Below, piece after piece: positions 14,253 through 26,200 of a DNA stretch of 64,000 nucleotides. A program made the position numbers and the translations under genes. The stretch comes from Phoronis australis (Eukaryota; Animalia; Phoronida), in NCBI GenBank assembly GCA_002633005.1, contig NMRA01000648.1, forward strand, positions 78,467 through 142,466, written 5' to 3'. Each line of letters starts with the position of its first letter. Position 1 is the first letter of the stretch. The notes beneath the pieces are model-generated. The model did no database searches. It saw only the letters and a list, made by a program, of their open reading frames with translations, and was not told the DNA's origin.

Positions 14253-17200
14253 TATTATAAATTACTATCGTCAGTATCAGTATCACTATCACTATGATTA
14301 TCATTATTATTATTGTTATCACTCTTACTGCTTTTATTGTTGTATTGTTGCCCTCATTATTCAAACAGTATTTGTATAGCTCTGACAGCATAGTCCGTTA
14401 TAAAACTAAATATCAATTTTTTAAAAAAAATTTAGTTATCAGTAGAAATACGCAGCATAAATGTACATGTAGTTAGAAATTATGTAGCATAAATTCTGGT
14501 ACATAGCATAGATCTAGAACATTTACATCTCAGAAAGCCACACCATACCTATATCTGTTTGGTTCGCTAAGAAAATATTCTTCTTGCAACTTCTGCTTGT
14601 CAATGCCGCAGAACATGTAATAGAATATGTGGAAGTTTCTGTCGTCTTTTCCTTGCTGTACCACTCGCGATTTCTCCAGTAAATAGTCCTGGATTTCCGC
14701 TGTAAAGCATTTAAAGTGAACCGTTTGGTCAAACGCCGTCGTAAGCAGGCGACAATATTGCTAGTTTTTCACAACGTTAGCAGGCAGGTTATTATAGAGT
14801 CTGTTTTGCTCCGAAGAAAGACTTTGAACGAGTTTGTAAATGAAAATTGTATCACGTTTTCAATCATCAAGTCCTGACAGTCTTCTGGTATAAATTCATA
14901 CACCCATCTCTCGACTTAATTAGTGCTCCAGGTAAAGTAGACGTCATATGAAACGTAAGGGGCCAATCTAAAATTGTTGGACGCAATGCAATCGACCAAA
15001 TCTAGCATTTTCAGGACACTGCTTCAAATCGTTTTACAAAAAATAGACTCGAAATTATTTTTGACATGCCATGTGCTACTTGAGTACGAACGCAAGATTA
15101 CTGCGCTCGAGTGCATTATGATTTACGTGGCTGAATGTCTATCCTATGTTGTACTCGATGACCTCGGCATTAAAGATACAAGTTCTAGCCTGAACTCGAA
15201 ATTTCGATATTTTCACTCGATTCTAAGTGTCATCAAGTGCGAACTTGAACCAGACACTCAGATGCGTAAACCATAGCATATCCGTGCACACAATCAAGAA
15301 TGCTTACCTTGAGGTCGTACTGAAGTAGAATAAAAAAATGCAAACATATCTTTAGTTCGAGTTCGAAGATCTGACCCCGGGTCCAGATACCAGTTACGCA
15401 ACACAAGAAACTCGCTAGTGAAAGTTAGTGTTATGCACTGCGATATCTCGCGAATTCTTGCGTGATCTCGCTTAACTCCTAAACTAAACCATAGTTACGA
15501 AACCTGGCCAATAAAATTAGAAAGCTTTACCTCCCACGACTTCACCCTCCTCCGTGAAATGCATGCTGATTAATTTACCAAACCGACTGGAATTATTGTT
15601 CATGGCAGTCTTGGCATTTCCAAACGCCTCCAATAGAGGGTTTACCTACGAATAAAAAAAAAATCAGTTAAAGCTACTATGAAGTTTAGGGGTACCCTAG
15701 AATCACTCACACTAGCATCGCATCTTACGCACGAAGTACATGCGAACCTCTGAATCATTCATTAGAACCCATGAATCATGTGCACGAACCACAAAAATCA
15801 CACATATGAACACAAATCATGCGCACGAGTTTCCGAATCATACGCACAAACAATCAGACGATAAAGTATTACAGATTACAGATTTCTGGGTAGTGGAAGG
15901 AACTGCGTTTGTTATTGGTTGAGACAAGGGCTAATAGGTTGACTATGTCACGGTGACTTACTTTCACTGCGGAAAGGGTTGGCACTCTGACTCTTTGAAA
16001 AAACGCATCTTAAAAGATTGGCTTGTGAGTGTGTAGTGTTGTTGTATTAAACGTGGTCACAAATAACTGGAGTTTTGGATTGATTTGCTTTACCTTGCCA
16101 CCAGGATCGCTTGGACTCGGACATTACAGCAGGCAAGTTACATAGAAATGAAACCAACAGTCGTGAACACGACAGCAAACTATAAAATTGATCTAAACTT
16201 AAATAAAACGCTCCTAAAAGAGTCTTCTTTTCTAACATGTAAAAGGATCATTAATTTTTTTGATTCACTGTCTGTTTTCAGTGCCCCCAATTATCACAGT
16301 GTCTATTGTTATATTTTATGGTGCCTGTCATGAACGCTATAAGTTTCCGAAGTAGTCCGTAGTAATAGTACAGATTCTATGAGTTTTATTCGTTTTCCAG
16401 CTTGCAGTGACATCTTAACCCTATAATTAATCGCATTCTCAGTCCGACCCACCTGCACAATTTTTTCGTTTAAGTTATCAAAATTGCTTGGAGATAACTT
16501 GGTCACGTGGTCGATCATCAGCTTCGTATTTTCCGTCTTCCCTGAGCCAGACTCTCCACTGACCAAAATGCACTGGTTTTTGTGCGTGCGTAACATGGCT
16601 TGGTAGGCTGCATCCGGTACCCAGAACACGTGCGGTGCAACGGAACTCCTGGACGTGACATTTGTGTACTTCCGGTGATTCTGGAATATGCGTGTTTTAA
16701 TTAACATTACAAGAAGGAGAATACACGTATGCGATACTTGGTAGAGTACTAAGTTGATGAGCAGATTTTAACACGTTACTTTGTAAAGAAAAGACAATAA
16801 ACCGAATTTTTTTTCTAAAATAGCGATTCAATCACGTGATAAGTTCATGTCATCAGTACGTGAATATTGTGGCGTTGCTTGGATACGGGAACTTTGAGAT
16901 TATTCATGCAGTCATCTTTTACCTCTCGTACATCTCGGATTCGCAGGTCAACCGTCAGATGTCAGTCGGGACTGTGATAGGTGAATAATGTGCGATTGTA
17001 GTGGTAATAAGGATTTAATTGCAATAATCTGAAGACTGGTTTTTCCTGTGTATCGAGCTAGGACTAACTAATAATATGAACACTAAGGAGTGGGCTTTGT
17101 GAAAACTTGGGTGACTTTGTAAATTACTGGATATTAACAGACAACATCAGCGTATGTACATATAGTAGTCATAAAAATGCGTGACGATCTTGAATATTTT

Positions 17201-20200
17201 GGGAATGGCAGAGTTGCAACCCTTTGACAATCTTGTCGATATTTTGCTATAGATTTTACTTTTATTCGATCTTGCTGCCCCATGTACTAACGTGGGAAAA
17301 TCCCACGAGTTCGTTTCGTTTACTTTATCTGATTAAATATTCAAGATGGTGGACGAAATCCTGCCTCCCGTTCAGTAACGCTAGGACCTCGCCAAAAAGC
17401 AAGACTTCGTGAGTTTACGTGAGAATTGTGACTGTCGTGTATTTTAAATGAGAACACCTAACTTAGGCTAGATTTTAGCTAGGTCATAGCGTAGGTCCTA
17501 GCGTTACTGAACGCACGCTTGGACTCGTGTTTGGATTATTGGGATTAAACTTATTTTGATGAACGTGCAGCGCACGCGATGGAGAGTATGGATTCATTTT
17601 GATCACGTTGCAGTTTGAATTAATTGTATCACGCCGAATGATCGAGAATATTGCATTTCATAACCTACTCAAATTTCTGAGCATTGAATCATTCAAATAT
17701 ATGATTTATTTGAATATCTACTGAGCGATTTTTACAATGATTTCTGTCCTTTATTCTTACATTGGTGTCATTTGAGGATTTTGCTCTATTATCAGTCGCT
17801 CCAAAAAGGTCCCGTATTCAATTGAATCTGAAAGTAGCATGTGGCTAAAACACTAATGAAACATCTGAAAAAACAAATTGTTTTTTTCAGATGTTTCATT
17901 AGTTTGAACTTTTCTTTTATCAAGAATCAACAAAACTAAAACATCGCTCTTTTACAAATGTGCTGACCTTTCAATTTATTTTGTGAAATATGTAAAATTA
18001 GGAGGATTGAACACTCAGTAAGCCAACTAAAACATTTTCGTAACCTCACACATATGTACGAATATACACATATGTACGAATATACACATATGTACGAATA
18101 TACACATATGTACGAATATACACATATGTACGAATATACACATATGTACGAATATACACATATGTACGAATATACACATATGTACGAATATACACATATG
18201 TACTATTATACACACGTTTCCCACATTCTTTGATGCCTGCCATTTATTTTTATAACTTTCCCGTAACTTTAAGGCCAACATAACTCTGGGATACTAAAAT
18301 TTGCTCCATATCTGAGTTCTTCGAAATCGCCCTTCAATTTCTCACTTTGAGGTGAGTCAACACGCAGCTACAGACTATAAGCACTAGATAATACAATGCA
18401 CCCGTTTAAAAGCTATTTCAGTGCCATCCGTCACTGTGTTTTTTGACGATTTTTCAATCGTTTACATTTAATGCACATTACCTCTTGACCCACAGCTAAG
18501 GACGAATGATAAATTACATTTTGACAGCAATCACTTACATTCAGCGCAGGTGATGAGGCCGGGATAGAGTTCAATAGCTGTCTCGCGGCGAGATAAATCT
18601 TGCCAAAATCATGAGCTCTCGTTGAAAATACACGGCAATATCTCGCGTAATATCACCGTAGCGAGGTTCTAGCGAGGTCCCAACGTCATTGAATTTTACT
18701 CACATCTACAGTGTACGTGAGCTGCCTCAACAAGAGCAGTCAAACATTTCGTGGAAACTGACGGCATTTCACCAGTCCGCACAAAAAAGTAGTTTGTCAA
18801 AGAACCAAGCTTTTTTAATACTTTACGATGAAAGTCTGAAATGAATGTTTCATTAATTGATGTTGAACAATTATCACTAAGTTGGAAGCAACGATGGAAA
18901 AACACTGAAGTAATTTACTACACGGAACGATGCTCCTATTGAGGATTCAAATCGAAACCTGTGGTTTTAAAAACTAAAGTATTTGAGCTACATGTGTTAC
19001 CAAGTAACGAATTTTAATAACCTTTTACGTACCATTAGTAGACCTACAAAACTATATCTATTTTTAAAATCCTTGATGATCTCAAACTGTTATAGTGTGT
19101 ACGAATGTAAAAACCGAAGGATAGGTTTCACGAAAAGTGGCTTATGACGTAAGACAGAAATTAGGTCTCGCGCCCCCATTCACAATTGCTGAATTAAGGC
19201 TGAGTCATGTAATTATCAGCACATCACAGTGACTGGCAATTATGAATATATTCCTAGATATATATCTTCCTGATGAATTTTAGTTATCTTTCAAAGATAG
19301 TTACGTGGATTGTTCATCCATGAACAACCCTGCCCATGTGGCACATACTGAGCCACAACACCACTTTCCTTACAATATCTCTTTTTATCACGGCAGCTGG
19401 CCTGCTCTCTCAACTTGTCTGGAACCCGCTTTGCATGCTGTTATAGCCCAGTTGGCTGTTTGGTGTACCCACTTGGTACTTTCTATGATATTTCCCCAGT
19501 TGGCAGTTTGTACCCATTTGGTACTTATTATTGAATTTGCCGTTTTGCTCGACCCACTTGGTAGGCAATCGGCCAGTACCCATTTGGTATTATGTACCCA
19601 TTTGGTATTATATATCCATTTGGTACTTTACTACCCTGTGCCACTTAGTATCCGATACACAATTGCACATTGGGTATCGTAAATGTGTGTGACATCTTTT
19701 GTAATTAAGGAACCCTACTGGTTCCTTCTGTGAAATAGTTATTTGTAGAGATGTGACCCTGAAATTCCCAATACATCCTAAAATATATATCATTCTTGTG
19801 TTGTTTTATTTGTCTCCAATAATAACGTGGGCGTAAGATCAAATTACCGACTTAAAGTTACTACCTGAGACATAACCCAGATGTTTGTAATCATATGATC
19901 GCACTTTTTTTTCAAAAATCGTGATTTTTCACCAAGATCGCCATATTTTTCACAAACATAAATTACGTTCCTTTATTCAATTAGTGTCTGAGATATTCTG
20001 TTAACGTCTTTTGGCCGAAAAGATCGGCTACCAAAAGTCTAGACTCCATTTCTTCAAGGATCTTGGCGTCATCATTTTTGTCAGTGGGCATTAAAAGAAC
20101 ACCCAAAAATAACAAAAAAATGGCCGCTGTTCAGCTTTCAACGTTAAGCGTGTTTTGTCAAGTCACGGACAGTGCCTACACTATGCGTCATTTTTCCTTT

Positions 20201-23200
20201 AATAATTTTAAGGTGTGCCAACGTCAATAGCCTCTGGAGTGTTTCCTTTAGTCGCCGATGGTTTCGATTTTTCATGGTAACGAAAATCAAATCCTATCAG
20301 TAATATAACGAGAACGATTTTATTTGCTTTAATCACGTGTTTCATGATTCGTACTTTGACAACTATATGCCGAGGAAATGCAACTATAAGAAGGCATGTA
20401 GTTGCACTCTTAATGGCTGAGAATCAATATTCTTATTCAAACAAATTATTCAAGATTACAGTATATTTCTATATTTTGAATTTGGTGTTGCATTTGCTTT
20501 TTCGAAAATTCAGTTTGCGGCAGGCGGTGATCATCTCTGCGACTGTGTGGCTGGGATACCGAGGTCCAGAAAAACCCCTCGAAAATCTCGGTTACCAGAG
20601 TCAGAGGAGCAACAGAAACTAAGCCCAGTAACCAAAAGCAATGGTCACTTTGGGGGCCCAATATTTCAAGATATGTACCCGTATGTGGTAACTATGTGGA
20701 GATAACTCAGACTAGATATCAATAAGAACATGCACGCTATTGCTGGTTTACGAAATAGATATAGATTATTACATGGCGAAGTCGTTATCCCTCGTTATCT
20801 AGAGCCCGAGTGGATTTTGGAGAATTATCGCCCGAGGGGCGTTAGCCCCGAGGGTGACAATTCTACAAAATCCATGAAGGCTCTAGATAAGGGGGATAAC
20901 GACTGAGAACATGTAATAATCTATTTATACCACATACTGAACGAGAAACATTGCAATGAATCGATCTACCTTTCTCGACTCGCCTCGGCTTTGAAACTAC
21001 TTTCTATGTCAGAGGCCCTGGGTCGGAGTTCGTGACCTTTTAAGAAAACCCGAGATATTTTTGTAAAATAATGGTTTTACTCAAAACCAATAAAAAACAA
21101 AATAGAAATAAAGTGAATCTATAAATTAAGGTTTAGCAACTATTATAGCTTACTATACATTTTATTACGCTAAGCTTCGACCGGGAATATATCGTCTGCT
21201 CAAGTAGGTTACCACCAGTAACTGACTATAATGCTCAAGTCAAAGGATCCTGACCACACGACACCTGCATTCAAATTGGAGATCGGTGATTTACAAGTGA
21301 GAGAACACGAGAGAGTAATTTCACTGAATTAAAATATCATTTTTATGGAAATTGTGCGTCTTATTTTTCATAGCGTATAAATGTCGGTGCAATGACCTTT
21401 GCTGAACATGCGATTGTTGCGCGTGCTCATTTAAGTATTCTATTTTCACGTTCGATGACGCTGAGTCGTGTAGTGGTAAAGTCGGCGACTCGCAACTGTT
21501 GAGGCCCGGGTTCGAATCCGGCCTCGGTTTCCCGCCAAAATGTTATCTCACTAGTGAGATAATTTTATGGGTTATTACACGGTTGTATCTGCCATTCGAG
21601 GCTAATATTGTGGTATAAATGCAATTACATTGGTAAAGTCATGCCACGTGCTCAGTTTTTGGATACTGAATGCTCACTTCTAAGAATATCACGCCATCAC
21701 GGTACTATTGGGTTAACAATACTATAGTCGTTATGGCAACGGTCCCCAGATTACGGTACCTTTTATTCGTCAGTTGGCCTAAATACATAAATTGTATCCG
21801 GTTAACTAAATTTATCTCGTGTCTACTTCTTTTGCACGATAATAGCGGTAGGTCACTCATCACAAAAGTGATACCTTTATATGACTATTCTTAGACTTTC
21901 TTTGTTGTCTTTTAAAGCGGCATAAATGGGGCTATTCGGAAAATTTACATTAACTAGAGGGCGTGCGTGTACTAGTGGTGATAGATTAAGCAGCCTCGAT
22001 TTCGCGAGCCCTTTAAATACATGGTGAAATGGCTTGCAGCCGTGCCAACTGAATCTGAGATTGCGTGAACATGGTGCTTCTGTGAGAGGAACTAAGCACG
22101 ACCTTATACAAAGATAAGGTTTGTGATTATATTAACGATTATTCCATTTTTATTCTACTGATGCCTGTTAACTGAGGTACTCGCTGATGTCGACTTTGCG
22201 GCAGTCGCCAGTCGGGTTAGTCTTTGTGATGTGTGTTACGATCCTTGACGTACTATTATTGTTTGAATGATTTCTAACAGGGTTATCAGTGACAGTTACA
22301 TCAATAAATGCTGAATGTTTAGGCTGTCAACTCGATATGGATTAGTGAGTTAAGATTACAATCCAAGCCCAATGGCAATGGGTACCTGACAAATATCCAT
22401 TAGACTATTTGTTTACTCCCTATCCTATGTCTTCCGTAAATCTATTACACGTTGAAATGGTAATCTATCATGGTTTTTAGGTTTGAGGGCTCGTACCGTG
22501 CAGAGGAGATATGCATCGCTTCTGCACCGTCCCTGAATGGACAAAAAATGGTTTTAAGCACTTGACTGCACCTAACCAACAAGATCTTCCAGTCGAGTGC
22601 AGATCTGTTGTCAAATTCTACTTTCTATATGGAAGACAAGGAACAAAGCCTTTGAAAAGCAACAGCTATTTTTAAAGAAAGGTATGTAAGTCGTTCTGTT
22701 AATTTACTTTTTCAGGTCCTTAGCGGGGGATTGGCGTAGGGGGTTGGGGTAACAAAATTTGGTGAAACTGAATGTGGAAATAACAGGTAATACATGTCAT
22801 GGTGAGGTAATTCTTAACCTTCATGAAGTTCCTTCAAGTTTATTTCATGAAACTGTTTTGCTATCAATTGTAAACCAATAAAAATATTTTACAATTTCTG
22901 AATTCTCAGTGCCTTGAAATGTTGCAAGTCGTTTATAAATTCAAATGACTGCCATTTTTGTGAAACTTGCATTTTTGATGGTGCCTTACTATTTGTAATT
23001 ACTCTTAAACAACAGAAATATTATCCATCATTTTTAAATGACCCAAGTCTTCATATCTTCTATTAGAAGAAAAGTAAAAAGTCTGAGAAACGGTTCCATC
23101 AGCCTAAGACTTGAAGTACTGTATGCTTGACAGATCCATGAATCTGTAATCGGAGTTTAAAATTGCTGAAATTATCAGAGATAAAACGGATTGGAAATGG

Positions 23201-26200
23201 GAAACAAATGTGTGAAGTTGTCTAAAAAAACTTGCATATTTTGTTAACAAGTGATGTGTTTAAAGAATTGTTATGACTACGAGTGAAAAATAAAGACGCA
23301 GTTTTGTACAATACTTATTATATACACCCTTGCTTTCTGAAAATAATAATTATTTAATTTTTTGGGAAATTGTAGAGCAGTCACCAAATCATATTTTTGA
23401 AAAACTGGGGTAGCATTTTTGACTCAACCGGGAGTATTTAATTATTCATATTTCAATATTTGTTCCAGGTTCAGTGACATTTTAGGGCCACTTCAAGCCG
23501 CAACATAGACAAGCTTTGGTTACTCCTTTCTCTTCCCACAGCACTTCCACACACCAACAGTGCTGCATGGCACAATGTACAAGTCAGTGGCCCTGGATAA
23601 ATGTGAATCGCAGTACTAAGTTACCATAAGACGATGTGCCAGGGTATTCTTTGTGTATGAAGATGAACTATATATGATTGCTACACAAGTCAGCTTCGTT
23701 GGTGAGGATTCTCTTTCATAGGGAATGAGTCATGTGTGGACAATAGCTTATTTCCTTTCCTGGAAGAAACATGAGGGACTGAAGCTAAAGAAGACCTGGT
23801 GACACTCTGTCTAGTTCAGGGTCAGATTCTGGGCACAAAACGAGTCAAGCGATATGCTGTTACGTTTACCTTCAAGGATCTAATAGCGGAGTTGCAACCG
23901 AATCGATTTAACGATTGCGCATGTCCGGAAGTTAGGGTGCGCAAAGGCTACTGGGATTGTTGATGGTAAACGGGATGACCGACTGGTTTGCACGACGTGT
24001 AATTTGTGTGCATTAAACTACGCTGCTGTATGTAATTCTGCCGCTATTCGCCCTAATTAGCGCCCATGGCTCAACAAGTGCCCCAACGCGTTTTCAGACT
24101 TTGCTAAAGTAAGCGCCCAGCCCATGAACTACATGCGAAAAATGCCCTTACCTACAGTTCTAACGTCTCCAATTTATCAATTGAAAGATCCGACAGCCTG
24201 AATTTGTAACGGACCACGAGCCTCACCGTTATGTCCGTATACACTTCAAACTTACGCCGCGATTCAAAAAGAACGCAGAAGTTTTGCTGCTCTTGCGAGG
24301 GATGTGCCCCACTACGCGGGTCTGGACTTTGAAAACAGACACAGCGTACTTGTCAAAGAGCGGGATTGCATTGTTTCTTTCCAGTACAGATCTTCTCCGG
24401 CCTCAAACTTCTTTGTGCATGTGAAAACCGTGAATCGAAGACTAATAAAAAAAACTCGACCAGTGTTAGCACGCGACCAAGAAGCGCGCGCTGCATAATG
24501 TACCGACTGTCATCGAAGATTAATCGGGTAACATAGCATCGGCAAATAAATATTGGCACTAATTTCCGAAAGTTTCCAATACCGTAAAAAGCTTCTGCAT
24601 TATTTTTAAGAGAAATTATTTAACTAATCATAATTGGTGTTTTTAAGGTCAAAATGACCCACTTCGCACCCTTACACCCCAAATCTTCCGGGAAATAGCT
24701 GTTACACTACGGTCACGCATCCACTCACCCGGCGACTCAATGAGTGACATGTCGGTCTTACCGAAAAAATTCTCGAACGTTTTTAGCAGATGAGGCCAGC
24801 AAGTGCTAAGCCGTAAATATTAAAACACGCTCTGCTTGACTGCTTGACTTATTTTTTTTTTGGATACAATGCACACCTAGATCATTACATTACTCTGGCA
24901 AATGAACTCTGATGACAAGCACACGCACGCTTACTCTCACACACACGCATACAAACTTCAAAACAAACGTCACGTGACAACAACATGTGTTCCCACAGAG
25001 ATTTTTCTCGGGTTGCGTGCTACAATCTAGCGTAGATTTGGACTTAATCTGCAGTTAATCCAGACTTCACAAGAACTTAAAAATCTTAGAGACGCTATTT
25101 GGAAAACTTGAGGAGGATTTCAGGTAATTTGTTGAGTCAAAGCTGTATTCTTATTTAAGAATTCAAGCCCTATCGACGATTGCGAGACCAGCAGCTACGC
25201 ATTTGTCGGCAAGATTTCGCCCTGGAACTTCAACAAAATTTTATGAAAAATGATCGTAATTTAACAACGAATTTTGATAGCAATGTACCACAATTTTGTA
25301 GAAAGTAAATAATAATAATCTGCACGCTTTATCTTAGCGCGTAATGCATATAGTGTGCATACGTTAAGTGAGTCGACCCAGAACAGGTGATTGTGCAGAG
25401 GCATTATCCTCAAAATTGCTCATGTTGGCTTGGTTCTGGTCAAGCGAAAACAAGTTTTTTTTTCACTACCAACCGCCGTGGAGTATTTGTTACTGTTTCT
25501 TTGAAGGGAGATATTGTTGGGCAGTTTCTAAGATACGTTTTCTTGCCGCCCTCAAAATGAGCGCTGCACACTTTATGCTACGAAGTCGGAAAGAATTCAC
25601 GAAGTCGGCCTTTGCTACCAGCTCTACCGATGTCTCTGACCCATGTTTAACGCAGTTCTTGATCCTTGGGAAACAGGTAGTAACTAAATTTTTTATTTCG
25701 CTAACTGGTATTATAGCATGCCAGGCACACAACACGTATAACCTCCCTGTGGCCGGTTCGCCCCCACGCTTGCCGACGTACTTGTTTACCGGCTTAACCA
25801 CAATGCAACATTCTGACCCATTTCCAATATGGCGGCGTTGCGGATGTTATTGAGGCGGAATGAGGTTAGGCAAGCCAGTGTCCTGGACCTTTTTTTACAA
25901 GCGCTTCTATAGGCCATTGACACTAGATCCCTGTGAAATGGAAACCAAAAGCATCTGGTATAAATTCCTGTCCTTCCTCGCCGAGTGACATTAAATTTTC
26001 CTTTCAGAAGAAACGCTTTATTCTAATGGTAAAAACTTTTCAATTTGGCACGCATTATGGGGAAATGACATTCAGTGACTGCATCGATTGTCTTGTTGTC
26101 ACTAGAAAGCCCGTTAATAATACACTTTGATGATCTAATAAATTTTTCATCAGCAGGCAAGTTTGTCACTAATTATTGAAACCACTAAATTTCTTCAGAT

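Noticed and set aside
13951-14476. Poly-Asn and poly-Ile ORFs
   Set aside because: Translations of an intronic (TAT)n microsatellite.
18027-18281. Repetitive ORFs and a CRISPR-like appearance
   Set aside because: Perfect 18-bp minisatellite with no spacers.
21460-21529. Functional tRNA gene
   Set aside because: The anticodon and T stems do not pair properly.
25368-25853. 161-aa and 103-aa ORFs inside the transposon
   Set aside because: No recognisable motif.
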